From an uncultured Candidatus Peregrinibacteria bacterium (GTDB lineage: Bacteria; Patescibacteriota; Gracilibacteria; Peribacterales; Peribacteraceae): DNA of 64,000 nt. The stretch lies in NCBI GenBank assembly GCA_903854335.1, contig CAINVY010000010.1:69060-133059 (forward strand), in the 5' to 3' direction. The notes under the pieces were generated by a model. The model was not told the origin of the DNA. It saw nothing but the letters and a program-made list of their open reading frames with translations, and did no database searches. This document shows positions 1-9,695 of the stretch, piece by piece (position 1 is the first letter of the stretch; the number at the start of each line of letters is the position of its first letter). The position numbers and the translations under genes were made by a program.

Positions 1-129
1 ATTCTCTCTGACATCGGTCCCCGCGCACTGCGAGTGCTCGGAGCTCCGATGTCAGATAAGACAACTGTCTCACCCGGTATCGGAAATCAACCCGGACCTT
101 GCGGTCCACATCAAATAGAAAAACACACC

Positions 130-1401
130 ATGTATTACAATCAAAGCGCCATCAAGGCGGGATTACTGCCCACGAAGTTCTATGCCATCGCCGTCGGTGC
201 GGGCCCACGGGCCTTCATCATCAACAGCGCGTGGATTCCAAACTTGCTGAGCACCAACCTCTTCCGAATCGGTGCTGCCGTCGTGCAGCCCGGGAACGAA
301 GATGATCGTCTGTGGGCTTGTGGAAACTTTGGCCTCCCCGAGGACAATGTCTCCTACAGCATCAAAGACCAGATCAGCCTGGCCACCCAACGCGTTCACA
401 TCAATGAAGTCGTGGTGTGCATCTGCACCCCGACCGGCCTCCATGCCGACCACATCTGCGAAGCTCTGGAGGCGGGGGCAAAGCACATCATCAGTGACAA
501 GCCCCTCGTCACGTCGATCGCGGAACTCCGCCGGATCCAAGCAGCGATGGAAAAGGCTGGCGACGCGCAAGTGTACGTCACCTTCAACCACCGCTACAAC
601 GGCCCCGTGTTCCAAATGCGAACCATCGCTGCGGAAGCTCCGGATAATGTGGAGTGCATCGACGCCGCGTTTCTCCAGGACTGGTTGACACACAAGCAGT
701 CCGGCCAACAGGCCGACTGGCGCGTGGCTGATCCACGGTGCGGGCTCCTCGACATCGGCAGCCACGCTGCCGATCTTGCGAGCTTCATCGCTGGGTCGGG
801 GATCGAGCTGGTCTCGGGTGCGTGCATGAATCGCAAGGGCCCCTTCGCGAGAGTGCGGGGGTTCAGCGACCATGGAACCACCGATGTCATCTTCGAAAAT
901 GGCATCGGCGGGACTATCGAGTATGACCAGGCCCGTCCGGGTCATGCCGACGACATCTACGCCGTGATGACCATGACGGATGGTGTTCGCTACATGTGGC
1001 GGATGGCGTGGGGCGCAGAAACGCTCTGGGTCAGCAACGTGCGCGACGCGAACGAAGACCGTCAGAGTGATTGGACGCCACACCTCCGCGGGCACTCGCC
1101 TGTATTCGATTCGGAAGTGAATGACTCCTTCGGTGATACGCCAGGCGGTCATGTCCAAGGGTGGCCGCAGTATTGGAAAGCGCTCTTCGAAGCCATCGCC
1201 GTCAACATCTGGAATCGCATGCAGCATTCTATCTGTGCCCATCTTCCAGAGTGCAAGTATCTGCCAGTGCCGACCATCAACGACGCGGGCCAAAACATCA
1301 CCCAGTTCATCGAGGCGAATGTCCTCAGTGCCGAACGGAACGGAGATGAAGTGGCCCTTGGCGAAGTGAATCTGGTCGAAACTAAGACCGGTGTCGAGTG
1401 A
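130..1401 (+). CDS. Gfo/Idh/MocA-family NAD(P)-dependent oxidoreductase
   Basis: ORF 34..1401. Rossmann-like FYAIAVGAGPRAF. Family-typical VCICTPTGLHADHICEALEAGAKHIISDKPL and DWRVADPRCGLLDIGSHAADL. ATG at 130 chosen; alternatives are GTG 34 and ATG 49. Confidence 0.8.
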   Translation: MYYNQSAIKAGLLPTKFYAIAVGAGPRAFIINSAWIPNLLSTNLFRIGAAVVQPGNEDDRLWACGNFGLPEDNVSYSIKDQISLATQRVHINEVVVCICTPTGLHADHICEALEAGAKHIISDKPLVTSIAELRRIQAAMEKAGDAQVYVTFNHRYNGPVFQMRTIAAEAPDNVECIDAAFLQDWLTHKQSGQQADWRVADPRCGLLDIGSHAADLASFIAGSGIELVSGACMNRKGPFARVRGFSDHGTTDVIFENGIGGTIEYDQARPGHADDIYAVMTMTDGVRYMWRMAWGAETLWVSNVRDANEDRQSDWTPHLRGHSPVFDSEVNDSFGDTPGGHVQGWPQYWKALFEAIAVNIWNRMQHSICAHLPECKYLPVPTINDAGQNITQFIEANVLSAERNGDEVALGEVNLVETKTGVE

Positions 1402-1428
1402 TCCATGAATCCATCGAAGTGAAAGAGA

Positions 1429-1460
1429 CCCCCGAGTCGGCAACGGCTCGGGGGTTTCGA
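1429..1460. terminator. GC-rich hairpin between convergent genes (possible bidirectional intrinsic terminator)
   Basis: cccccgag (1429-1436) pairs with ctcggggg (1447-1454): 8-bp stem, 10-nt loop. Followed by tttcgaa and preceded by gaaagaga, so it reads similarly on both strands. Confidence 0.5.
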
Positions 1461-1484
1461 ATACTTCAAAACAACGAAAGACGC

Positions 1485-1712
1485 TTACTTCTTCACCACG
1501 GGCTTGGCCACAGCCTTCTTCGACGAAGACGATTTTGTTGATGCGGTCTTCTTCGTGGTGGTGGGCGTCGTCGGCTTTTTCTTCACGACGGTATGCGTCG
1601 TCTTCGTGGCAGGACGCAAAAGAGAGATCTTCTTGCTCGAGTAGGCGAGCGCCAGAGCGATGCCAAGAAGAACGATGATCACAGCGAGAACGACTTTTGC
1701 GGACTTGGACAT
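1485..1712 (-). CDS. small membrane-anchored protein with Lys/Thr/Ser-rich tail (hypothetical)
   Basis: ATG at 1712. MSKSAKVVLAVIIVLLGIALALAY forms one TM helix, followed by the basic low-complexity tail KKKPTTPTTTKKTASTKSSSSKK. No family recognised. Confidence 0.45.
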   Translation of the reverse strand: MSKSAKVVLAVIIVLLGIALALAYSSKKISLLRPATKTTHTVVKKKPTTPTTTKKTASTKSSSSKKAVAKPVVKK

Positions 1713-1953
1713 AAGGAAAGGGGGAGGGAAAATGCTTCGAGGAAGCGACACCCTAGTATAGGCAGCGATGCGAGAGTGGGAAACCGAAAGCAGTTGTACC
1801 GTTTCGCAAATAGTACCTGATCATTTCTCACGCAAACTTCGGGAATGGCACCTGCGTGAAAACTTTCGGAGTTGTTATAGAGATTTAGTGGCTTACGAAT
1901 GTAAAGTGAATACCGCTGGCGAAGTCTTTCGGGTTGCCTTAAGATCAGCACCT

Positions 1954-2328
1954 ATGAAACCTCCCCGCAAAAGCCCCGCCGCTTCTCCCACGGAACGCAT
2001 CATCGAAAAACTCTCGAAGCGATGGACGCTCCTGATTCTTCACACCTTCACGGAGAAGCGCACGCTTCGCTTCTCGTCGCTCCTGGAAGCTCTCCCGAAG
2101 ATCAATTCCCGCATTCTGTCGCAACGGCTCTCCGAGCTGGAAAAGGAAGCGTTGATCTCGCGAACCGTGAGCGGAAAGAAGCCCATCACCATCGTCTACA
2201 CCATCACGGAAAAAGGCATGGATCTGCGCCGCGTCTTCGATGGCTTCGCCATCTGGGGAAAGAAGTGGGACAAGAAATCGGCAGCTCCTGCCAAGAACAC
2301 GTTCTTCCGCACGCTCATCGGCGGCTGA
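1954..2328 (+). CDS. HxlR-type winged-helix transcriptional regulator
   Basis: KRWTLLILHTFTEKRTLRFSSLLEALPKINSRILSQRLSELEKEALISR...YTITEKG is typical of the HxlR family. ATG at 1954 inside ORF 1768..2328. Confidence 0.85.
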   Translation: MKPPRKSPAASPTERIIEKLSKRWTLLILHTFTEKRTLRFSSLLEALPKINSRILSQRLSELEKEALISRTVSGKKPITIVYTITEKGMDLRRVFDGFAIWGKKWDKKSAAPAKNTFFRTLIGG

Positions 2329-2340
2329 GGATTGTCGCTC

Positions 2341-3867
2341 CTATGCGAATCCCGGGAAGAAATCCGTGGTGATGCGATGGCGGGGAACATCCATGTTTCG
2401 AAGTGTGCGCTGCGTGCCGATGACCATGTCATGCGTTCCGGAGAGATAGTAATGGCACTCCTCGCATTCCTGAACCCATCGCCGGATCATGTTCTCGTCA
2501 ACGCGTCCCGTCTCCCCTTTCCAGTCCGAAGGAATCGCGGAGGGATCCGTGAGCGTGTAGATGACGTCCGTCCCGATGCGTTTTCTCGCCGTATCAAACA
2601 CATCACGATACGCAATGTCTTCCGTACGCTTGTTTGAATAGAAGAGCGTGACCGGGCGCCGATCGTTTCGATCGAGCATATTCTTGATCATGCTGCGAAA
2701 TGGCGTGACGCCTATCCCGCCCGCAATGAAGACGAGCCTCTCTCCCGTGTTCTTTGGAAGAGTAAACTCTCCTGCGAGCTGCGATGCGATAATGCTGTCA
2801 CCGGGTTCGAGGGCGAGGAGTCGCTGCTTGAACGTGCTCGATTTCTCATAGAAACGCACGCCCATCGCGATGCCATCTTCCGTCGGCGATGAAGAGATCG
2901 TGAAGCTGCGACGGTTGCCGCGCGCATCAGGACGATCGTGCCCGAGCGTCCACTCCAGGTATTGCCCGGGCAGAAACGCGAGCGTCTCGGACGATTGAAA
3001 CCAGAAATCGTAGATCCCCGAGGCGACGCGTAATTTTTTCCGGAGAATCAGCAGGAGCTTCTGCTTCGGACTCACGATGTAGACATACACATTCCCAAGA
3101 AGTAGCGCAAGTTCCGGCGTGAAATAGAAAGTACCGATGTGTATCCACGGCGCGAAGAGGATGCCGACAATTACGCCGTAAAGAACACGAAGCGTTCTCT
3201 TGGAAGGCATCGTGAGCGGCTCCGTCAACATGACGGTGGCGAAGAAGAGGACAGGCGTTACCGTGAGCACATTCCATACGATCCCGCCAAGCGCGGCTAC
3301 GTCCGTGATACGTGTGCCGATGATCGCGACGACTGCCGTCACGATGAACGCCCAGAAGAGATCGAAACGCTGGGTTTTGCGAACGATGAGGAGTCCTCCG
3401 GCAAGAACGAACGGCATCATGGGAAACGTCCCGATCCACCAGCTCGCGGACTGATTCAGCGTGAGGGCCGTGAGGGCGACGCCGAACGCCGCGGGGTTGA
3501 AAATGTGTTTGCGACCGATGGCGAAGATGTACTTCGACGCCATCGCCCAGATCGATGCCCAGCATGCAATCTCCAAATACGTGCCGTCGCCCATCGACTG
3601 TGGCGGCGTGATGAGGAAGACAAGAATGAGCGCTGTAATGATGAACGATTCGACATTCGTCGGCGCTTTGAAGGAAAGAGAGAAGAAGACATTCGCCGCC
3701 CAACAGAGCATCGTGATGCATGCGAGAGAGAAGAGGAGCATCAGCGGCTGGACCGGCAACACGCCCATAGCACTGAGAATCAGCGCGACGAAGAAGAGGG
3801 CGATCAGTTCGTAGAGAACGACCCGATACATCGTGTAACGATTGAGGAGGGCATCGATGAAATTCAT
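2341..3867 (-). CDS. membrane oxidoreductase: NqrB/RnfD-like polytopic domain fused to ferredoxin-NADP-reductase-like FAD/NAD(P)-binding domain
   Basis: N-terminal multi-TM region with GRKHIFNPAAFGV and MLTEPLTMP (NqrB/RnfD-like signatures). C-terminal RRSFTISSSP (RxYS-type FAD site) and FIAGGIGVTPF (NAD(P) site). The start forms an ATGA overlap with the apbE stop. Confidence 0.8.
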   Translation of the reverse strand: MNFIDALLNRYTMYRVVLYELIALFFVALILSAMGVLPVQPLMLLFSLACITMLCWAANVFFSLSFKAPTNVESFIITALILVFLITPPQSMGDGTYLEIACWASIWAMASKYIFAIGRKHIFNPAAFGVALTALTLNQSASWWIGTFPMMPFVLAGGLLIVRKTQRFDLFWAFIVTAVVAIIGTRITDVAALGGIVWNVLTVTPVLFFATVMLTEPLTMPSKRTLRVLYGVIVGILFAPWIHIGTFYFTPELALLLGNVYVYIVSPKQKLLLILRKKLRVASGIYDFWFQSSETLAFLPGQYLEWTLGHDRPDARGNRRSFTISSSPTEDGIAMGVRFYEKSSTFKQRLLALEPGDSIIASQLAGEFTLPKNTGERLVFIAGGIGVTPFRSMIKNMLDRNDRRPVTLFYSNKRTEDIAYRDVFDTARKRIGTDVIYTLTDPSAIPSDWKGETGRVDENMIRRWVQECEECHYYLSGTHDMVIGTQRTLRNMDVPRHRITTDFFPGFA

Positions 3868-4610
3868 GGCAAATGAACGTAAGAAGGAAAGTGTGTCGTC
3901 ATAGTAGCGATACCATGTCGGTCGATCATATACCCCTCGAACCCGTCGAGCCCCTCGATGAATTCGATCCCCGCTCGTTCCATCGCGAACGCGGCGGTGG
4001 CGAAACGATCCGCATCAAAGACGCTTGGCCCGATCACCGTGAGACTCACGATCTCCGTAATCGGCTTGTCAGGATCGAACGGATTGTAGATGTGCTGCCC
4101 GCGAATGTACGTTCCCGATGTGGCGATGCCTTGGTCTTTCAACGTGATAATCTTGACGATCTTCCCCAGAGAAAACGGATCGCGAATGCCCACCCTCCAC
4201 GGCCCATCGGGGCTTTCGCCTCGCACCTGAATATCGCCTCCCGCCTCCACGTAGAAATCGCGGAAGCCCGCATCCGAGAGGAGGCGCGCGGCGTCCTGGA
4301 TAGCCAGACCTTTCACGAGGCCGGAAGGATTGCGTCGACCGTCCGTCGTGTGAATGTCGAAGTATCCATTTGTGATAAGGCGCGTCTCTTCGCAGAGCTT
4401 GAGAATGGCTTTCAGATCGGCACTGCACTCTTCCTCAGTAATCAGTCCGCTATTGAGACGGGAGACTTCGCTCGTTTCCTTGAAAGGACTGAACTGTTCG
4501 TCGATGCGTCGGAAATATGAAAATACGTTCTCCAGGTCGCCTTCCCGAGCAGATGCATCCGCGATCTCGACCGTAATCGGCATGCCCATGATGGGACGCG
4601 TCTGCTTCAT
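3864..4610 (-). CDS. apbE: FAD:protein FMN transferase (ApbE family)
   Basis: MGMPITVEI..., FSPFKETSEVSRLN, NPSGLVKGLAIQ, VEAGGDIQVRG, GIATSGTYIRGQHIYNPFD and DADRFATAAF all match ApbE conserved blocks. No signal peptide or lipobox is visible. Confidence 0.9.
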   Translation of the reverse strand: MKQTRPIMGMPITVEIADASAREGDLENVFSYFRRIDEQFSPFKETSEVSRLNSGLITEEECSADLKAILKLCEETRLITNGYFDIHTTDGRRNPSGLVKGLAIQDAARLLSDAGFRDFYVEAGGDIQVRGESPDGPWRVGIRDPFSLGKIVKIITLKDQGIATSGTYIRGQHIYNPFDPDKPITEIVSLTVIGPSVFDADRFATAAFAMERAGIEFIEGLDGFEGYMIDRHGIATMTTHFPSYVHLP

Positions 4611-4615
4611 AGCTA

Positions 4616-5092
4616 CTACTGCGCCTGCGATAGGGCAGAATCCAGGGACACATTGAACGCCCCCGTCGTTTCGGTCGCACCGGAAACCACATCCACAGGA
4701 GCATGCTGCGAAGCGATGGCCTCACTGCGAAGCGACGACATCGCTCTGGTATTGATACGATTCGATGTCGCGCGATCGCTCGGATACTGGAGGAATTGAA
4801 CATCGCTCAGCTGTCCGCCGCTCACCGTGACCTGCACCTGCACGGATCCGTAGTACGCATCCGCACTCGCTCCCGTGTACACGCCATCGCGATACAATCC
4901 CTGTTTCTTCTTCGCTTTCGGTTTGAAAACGGTCGATGTCGGGACAGGAGGCTCGGACGATGTCACGGGAGAAGTAACATCGGGTTGAGGCGCAGCAACA
5001 ACAGGAACGACATCGGGCGCGAGCAACCGTCGGTAGCCCACGTAGACGATGAATATCAAAATAAGGAAAAACGAGGAGAGGTGTTTCTTCAT
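4616..5092 (-). CDS. membrane-anchored FMN-binding (FMN_bind) domain protein, predicted ApbE substrate
   Basis: N-terminal TM FFLILIFIVYVGY, a Pro/Thr-rich linker, then YRDGVYTGASADAYYGSVQVQVTVSGG...DVVSGATETT. This contains the Dxx[ST]GA[TS] flavinylation motif. Confidence 0.85.
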   Translation of the reverse strand: MKKHLSSFFLILIFIVYVGYRRLLAPDVVPVVAAPQPDVTSPVTSSEPPVPTSTVFKPKAKKKQGLYRDGVYTGASADAYYGSVQVQVTVSGGQLSDVQFLQYPSDRATSNRINTRAMSSLRSEAIASQHAPVDVVSGATETTGAFNVSLDSALSQAQ

Positions 5093-5244
5093 ACGGTTCT
5101 ATTATAGAAGAAGAATATTAAGACGATGTTAATAGGATACTGACGGAATGAAGGGATGACAAAAAATGCCAGGACATTGACTCATGCCCGTGAAGCGTTT
5201 GGATTCTTAATCTGTCCTTAAGGCTTTTCCTCTATTCTGTGCAC

Positions 5245-5604
5245 ATGAAATCCATCCATCCCCTCTCGTTTCTCCTCGGAATCCTCTCGGGATTCATCGT
5301 CCTCATCCTGCTCGTAGGCGGACTACACCTCCTCGGGTTCGGCCAATCTTCCGGCGGAGCGAACAGTCCCAACCTTGCTCGCATGGCACAGAGATTCGGC
5401 ATCACACAATCGGAGCTGCAGAGTGAGCTGAGCGGCGGCAAGACGATCCAACAGATCGCGCAGGAACATGGCGTGCAATTCGGCGGCCGACGCAATGGAT
5501 CATCTGCGGGAACGGGTGCGATACGCAGCGGAAGTGGCGCTCCGGTTTCTTCTCCTTCCAGCGGTGCAAAAGCCGTTCCAAAGTCTTCAAGCCCTTCATC
5601 CTGA
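5245..5604 (+). CDS. small membrane protein with Gly/Ser-rich C-terminus (hypothetical)
   Basis: ATG 5245 (the track start at 5239 is GTG). One TM, LSFLLGILSGFIVLILLVGGL, followed by a G/S-rich tail. Sits immediately upstream of the MacAB-like operon. Confidence 0.45.
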   Translation: MKSIHPLSFLLGILSGFIVLILLVGGLHLLGFGQSSGGANSPNLARMAQRFGITQSELQSELSGGKTIQQIAQEHGVQFGGRRNGSSAGTGAIRSGSGAPVSSPSSGAKAVPKSSSPSS

Positions 5605-5609
5605 GGATA

Positions 5610-5638
5610 TTGTAGATCGACTAGAATTGTGATATAAT
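5610..5638 (+). promoter_or_regulatory. sigma70-like promoter (extended -10) for the adaptor/ABC operon
   Basis: TTGTAG (5610-5615), a 17-nt spacer, then TGATATAAT with TATAAT at 5633-5638. It lies 45 nt upstream of ATG 5684. Confidence 0.4.
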
Positions 5639-5683
5639 ACAATAATTTGATGATGAAAGTTCCTCCTCCTTAAATATCTGCTC

Positions 5684-7696
5684 ATGGAAATGTCATCTCT
5701 TCCCTCCTCCGCCCAACCCCGACGTCTGACGCTCCGTGATCGCATCACGGCACTCCGGGCGAGGATCGACTGGCGCAGTTACTTCTACGGCCTTGGCGCG
5801 ATGATCATCATCGGAGGCGGATACCTCTACTTCACGAGCGGCAGCGGTCAAACGACCGCGACGAGTTCCGGCATCGCAACCGTCAGCAAGCAAACGATCG
5901 TCACATCCATCAGCGCGGCGGGAACCGTGACATTCTCGAGCGAACAGACGCTGAAGTTCAACCAGAGAGGAAAAGTGACCAAAGTGAACGTCCAGCAGGG
6001 AGACAAGGTGAAGGAGGGTGACATCATCGCGGAGCTCGACGAATCTTCCGTGCTCGCGGATATCCGACAGGCGGAACTTTCCATCGGAGCCAGCGCATTG
6101 CAGATGGAGCAACAGCAGGCGCTGAAAGATCAAACGATCACGGATGCACAGAATGCGGCACAGCAGGCAGAGCAAGCAGCGCAGCAAGCACAGAGCAATC
6201 TGGAAATCTCCAAGCAGAAACTCCCATCGGATCTCGCGGCAGCGAAACAAGCTGTCCAGGAGAAACAGGCGGCACTCGATCAGGCGAAGCTGGATCAAGT
6301 GCAGAATCTGGCCAACACGGTACAGAGTGAGCTCGGCAGTTCGGACGGACTCCTCGATTCCTTCTACGATATCCTCACCCTGCATCAGGGATCGCGTCCG
6401 CAGCAGAGCACGTTCGGCGTGAACATCGACCAGCACCTCTTCAACAACGTCACGAACGAACAACAGGTCCAAACGGATTTTCTCAACGCGGAGAATGCCA
6501 GCAATCAGATGCACAATCAGTACGGGGCGACGCTCGCGACGCAGACAAATCTGGTCGTGTTGAACCAAGCGCTCTCAGACACGAACACGCTTTCACAGAG
6601 TCTCTACACGCTCGGCGAAGATGTGTATGTCATGCTCCAAGGAGCAACCACGGATTACTCGACCTTCACGGCCTCTCAGCTGACGAGTCTTCGCTCAACC
6701 GTGAACAGTAACCGCTCCACGGCGAAGCAGAATCTCACCCCGAGTGTGACATTGAGTCAGAAGAGCGATGCCGTAACGAACGCGCAGCACGCGCTCGAGC
6801 AAGCACAGAATGATCTCGCCCTCCTCCAGACACAGAACCCCGTGAGCCTGCAGCAGCAGCAGGACGCACTGAAGAAAGCACAAGATGCCGCGCAGTCCCA
6901 GCAGGAAACCTACAATCAGACCTCGAAGAACACGGATATCGGCATCTCTTTGAAACAGAACGACGTGTCGCAGAAGGTTGCCGCACTCGATAAATTGCGC
7001 GTGACGCTTCAGGACTATCAGCTGACGGCCCCCTTCGACGGCGTCATCACGCACATCGATTATAAAGTCGGAGACAATCTCCTCGACACTGGCGATACGG
7101 AAAATGTCGTACTTCAGAACCCCGACTACATCGTCGTCACGATTCCGCTCGATCAGGTGGACGTCGTCCATGTGAAAACGGGCTTAGCCGCGACCATCGC
7201 ATTCGATGCGGTGCCGGGGCAGGAATTCCAGGGTTCGATCGACTCGATCGATCCGGTTCCCGTTTCGCAGTCGGGCGTCGTCTCCTACAACGTCCAAATT
7301 AAGCTCCCGACACCGAAAGACCTCAATATCCTCTCCGGCATGACCGCAACCGTTTCGATTGAAACGGGGAGGAAGGAGAATGTCCTCGCCGTTCCGAACC
7401 TCTCGCTCAAGACGACCGGCAACACCATTACGGTGCAGAAATCCACCGGGGAATCCGTCGTCGTCACGACCGGCCTCACCGACGGTCAGTACACCGAGAT
7501 CCTTTCGGGCCTCAGCGAAGGCGACAAGATCGCTTCCGTGAACATCCCGCGCACCGCATCGAGCAGCAGCGGAGGAAACAGCGCGCTCAATCTCCTCAGG
7601 CTCGGCGGAGGTGGCGGGGGTGGCTTTGGCGGACCTCCGACAGGAGGAACTGCAAGAACCGGCGGAGCAGGTGCTACCGGAGCCAGAGGCGGTTAA
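5684..7696 (+). CDS. HlyD-family periplasmic adaptor (MacA-like) with long coiled coil and Gly-rich tail
   Basis: N-terminal TM. Lipoyl-like halves GKVTKVNVQQGDKVKEGDIIAELD and YQLTAPFDGVITHIDYKVGDNL flank a long Q/A-rich coiled coil. C-terminal GGGGGGGFGGPPTGG tail. Confidence 0.8.
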   Translation: MEMSSLPSSAQPRRLTLRDRITALRARIDWRSYFYGLGAMIIIGGGYLYFTSGSGQTTATSSGIATVSKQTIVTSISAAGTVTFSSEQTLKFNQRGKVTKVNVQQGDKVKEGDIIAELDESSVLADIRQAELSIGASALQMEQQQALKDQTITDAQNAAQQAEQAAQQAQSNLEISKQKLPSDLAAAKQAVQEKQAALDQAKLDQVQNLANTVQSELGSSDGLLDSFYDILTLHQGSRPQQSTFGVNIDQHLFNNVTNEQQVQTDFLNAENASNQMHNQYGATLATQTNLVVLNQALSDTNTLSQSLYTLGEDVYVMLQGATTDYSTFTASQLTSLRSTVNSNRSTAKQNLTPSVTLSQKSDAVTNAQHALEQAQNDLALLQTQNPVSLQQQQDALKKAQDAAQSQQETYNQTSKNTDIGISLKQNDVSQKVAALDKLRVTLQDYQLTAPFDGVITHIDYKVGDNLLDTGDTENVVLQNPDYIVVTIPLDQVDVVHVKTGLAATIAFDAVPGQEFQGSIDSIDPVPVSQSGVVSYNVQIKLPTPKDLNILSGMTATVSIETGRKENVLAVPNLSLKTTGNTITVQKSTGESVVVTTGLTDGQYTEILSGLSEGDKIASVNIPRTASSSSGGNSALNLLRLGGGGGGGFGGPPTGGTARTGGAGATGARGG

Positions 7697-7708
7697 TTCC
7701 CTCCACGT

Positions 7709-8461
7709 ATGATCAACCTGCGCGACATCACGAAGGCCTATCCGCTCGGCAAAGAACAGCTCGTCGTGCTGAAAGGTGTTTCGCTGACGATTAACGAAGG
7801 AGAGTTCGTGGCGATCATGGGACCGTCGGGATCGGGCAAGTCCACGCTCATGAACATCATCGGCCTCCTCGACACACCTTCGGGAGGTTCGTATCTTCTG
7901 GAGAACAGGGAAGTCGCGAATCTCACGGAGAATCAACAGGCAGACGTACGAAGTAAGCGCATCGGGTTTGTTTTCCAGCAATTCAATCTCCTCCCGCGCA
8001 TGGATGCCCTGCGGCAGGTGATGCAACCGCTCCTCTACCAGCGTGTCACGCGCGAGGAGGCGGAAGCGCGAGCTCGGGAATCCCTCCACATCGTGGGACT
8101 CACCGAACGTCTCTCGCACAATCCCAATGAACTCTCCGGTGGACAGCAGCAGCGCGTTGCGGTCGCGCGCGCCCTCGTCACCAAACCCGCCATCATCCTC
8201 GCCGACGAGCCGACCGGCGCTCTTGATACAAAGACGGGACATGAGTTGATGGATATTTTTGCGAAGCTCTCGGAGAGTGGAAAAACCATCGTCATGGTCA
8301 CGCACGAACCGCGGGTCGCGAGCTTCGCTCATCGCACCATTCGCATCGAAGACGGATTGATCCAACCGGATGTCTCCGCGTCTCCCTCGCAGAAACTCGA
8401 CCAAGCCCAGCTTCAGCGCCGCTATGCCTCCGAGAGTCGGAGTTCTTCCTCTCGCTCATGA
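7709..8461 (+). CDS. ABC transporter ATP-binding protein, MacB/LolD type
   Basis: Walker [10 protein letters not shown], signature [15 protein letters not shown], Walker [16 protein letters not shown] overlap with the permease gene. Confidence 0.95.
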   Translation: MINLRDITKAYPLGKEQLVVLKGVSLTINEGEFVAIMGPSGSGKSTLMNIIGLLDTPSGGSYLLENREVANLTENQQADVRSKRIGFVFQQFNLLPRMDALRQVMQPLLYQRVTREEAEARARESLHIVGLTERLSHNPNELSGGQQQRVAVARALVTKPAIILADEPTGALDTKTGHELMDIFAKLSESGKTIVMVTHEPRVASFAHRTIRIEDGLIQPDVSASPSQKLDQAQLQRRYASESRSSSSRS

Positions 8462-9690
8462 ACATCTTTGAAAATATCAGAAATGCGCTCGGCGCAATCG
8501 GCTCCAACAAGATGCGATCGGCACTCACGATGCTCGGCATCATCATTGGCGTCGCCTCGGTCGTGCTTCTCGTTGCCATCGGCCAAGGAGCGCAGCGATC
8601 CGTAACCTCGCGCATCCAGAGTCTCGGCACAAACCTCCTCTCCATCTCACCCGGAGGCGCGAGCCAAACGAATGTACGCTTCGGCGGAGGGGGCGGAGGC
8701 GGCGCGAGCACCACGCTGAAGGCCACTGACACGGATGCCATCGAACAGTATGCAGGAACGCTCTTGAGCGGCATCGAACCGGAATTGCGCGGCCGCCAGC
8801 AGGCCATCTACGGAAATCAGAACACGAACACGAGCATCGTCGGAACCGTGCCCGCGTACGTGACGGTCCGAAACGCACCTCTGGCCGTCGGCACCTTCAT
8901 CACGCAGCAGAATCTCACCAACGTGGATCGCGTCGCGGTGCTGGGCGCGACGGTCGTCACCGACCTCTTCCCGACCAATCCCACTCCCATCGGAGAATCC
9001 ATCCACATCGGCAACGATATCTACACCGTCATTGGCATCATGCAATCCAAAGGAGGAACGGGGCTCGGGAATGCCGACGACATGATCCTGATTCCGCTCA
9101 CGACGATGCAGCAACGCATCACGGGGAAGAACGTGCTGACGTCGATCAGCGTCTCGGTGAAGAACCAAACCGATATGGTCTACGCGCAGAATCTCATCAC
9201 CGCCGTGCTCATGAACGCGCATAGAATAACGAATGCGAAGAATGCGGACTTCCAAGTCCTCAACCAAGCCGACGCCGTCTCCACGCTCAACAGCGTCACG
9301 GATGTCTTCACGCTCCTCCTCGGAGGCATTGCTGCAATCTCGCTCCTCGTCGGCGGCATCGGCGTCATGAACATCATGCTCGTGTCGGTCACGGAACGGA
9401 CGAGAGAGATCGGCATCCGCAAAGCCATCGGCGCAAAGAAACGCGACATCCTGCTTCAATTCATGATCGAATCGACGGTCTTGAGCGTCATGGGCGGACT
9501 CATCGGCATTCTCATCAGCGTCATCGGCTCCTGGCTGCTGAAGACGTACGCAAGTCTCGACGCTACCATCGCCATCTCCTCCGTCATCCTCGCCTTCGGC
9601 TTTTCGGTGGGCGTCGGGATCTTCTTCGGCATGCTCCCCGCATTCAAAGCGGCGGGCCTGCGACCGATCGAAGCACTCAGATATGAGTAA
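8458..9690 (+). CDS. ABC transporter permease, MacB/FtsX type
   Basis: N-terminal TM, a large periplasmic domain, and a C-terminal FtsX-like block ISLLVGGIGVMNIMLVSVTERTREIGIRKAIGAKKRDIL. Confidence 0.9.
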   Translation: MNIFENIRNALGAIGSNKMRSALTMLGIIIGVASVVLLVAIGQGAQRSVTSRIQSLGTNLLSISPGGASQTNVRFGGGGGGGASTTLKATDTDAIEQYAGTLLSGIEPELRGRQQAIYGNQNTNTSIVGTVPAYVTVRNAPLAVGTFITQQNLTNVDRVAVLGATVVTDLFPTNPTPIGESIHIGNDIYTVIGIMQSKGGTGLGNADDMILIPLTTMQQRITGKNVLTSISVSVKNQTDMVYAQNLITAVLMNAHRITNAKNADFQVLNQADAVSTLNSVTDVFTLLLGGIAAISLLVGGIGVMNIMLVSVTERTREIGIRKAIGAKKRDILLQFMIESTVLSVMGGLIGILISVIGSWLLKTYASLDATIAISSVILAFGFSVGVGIFFGMLPAFKAAGLRPIEALRYE

Positions 9691-9695
9691 TACAG

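Noticed and set aside
163-1443. 426-aa minus-strand ORF covering the whole Gfo/Idh/MocA gene
   Set aside because: It is antisense to a gene with clear family motifs. Its Arg/Asp/His/Gly-rich composition is typical of shadow ORFs in G+C-rich DNA, and it has no recognisable motifs.
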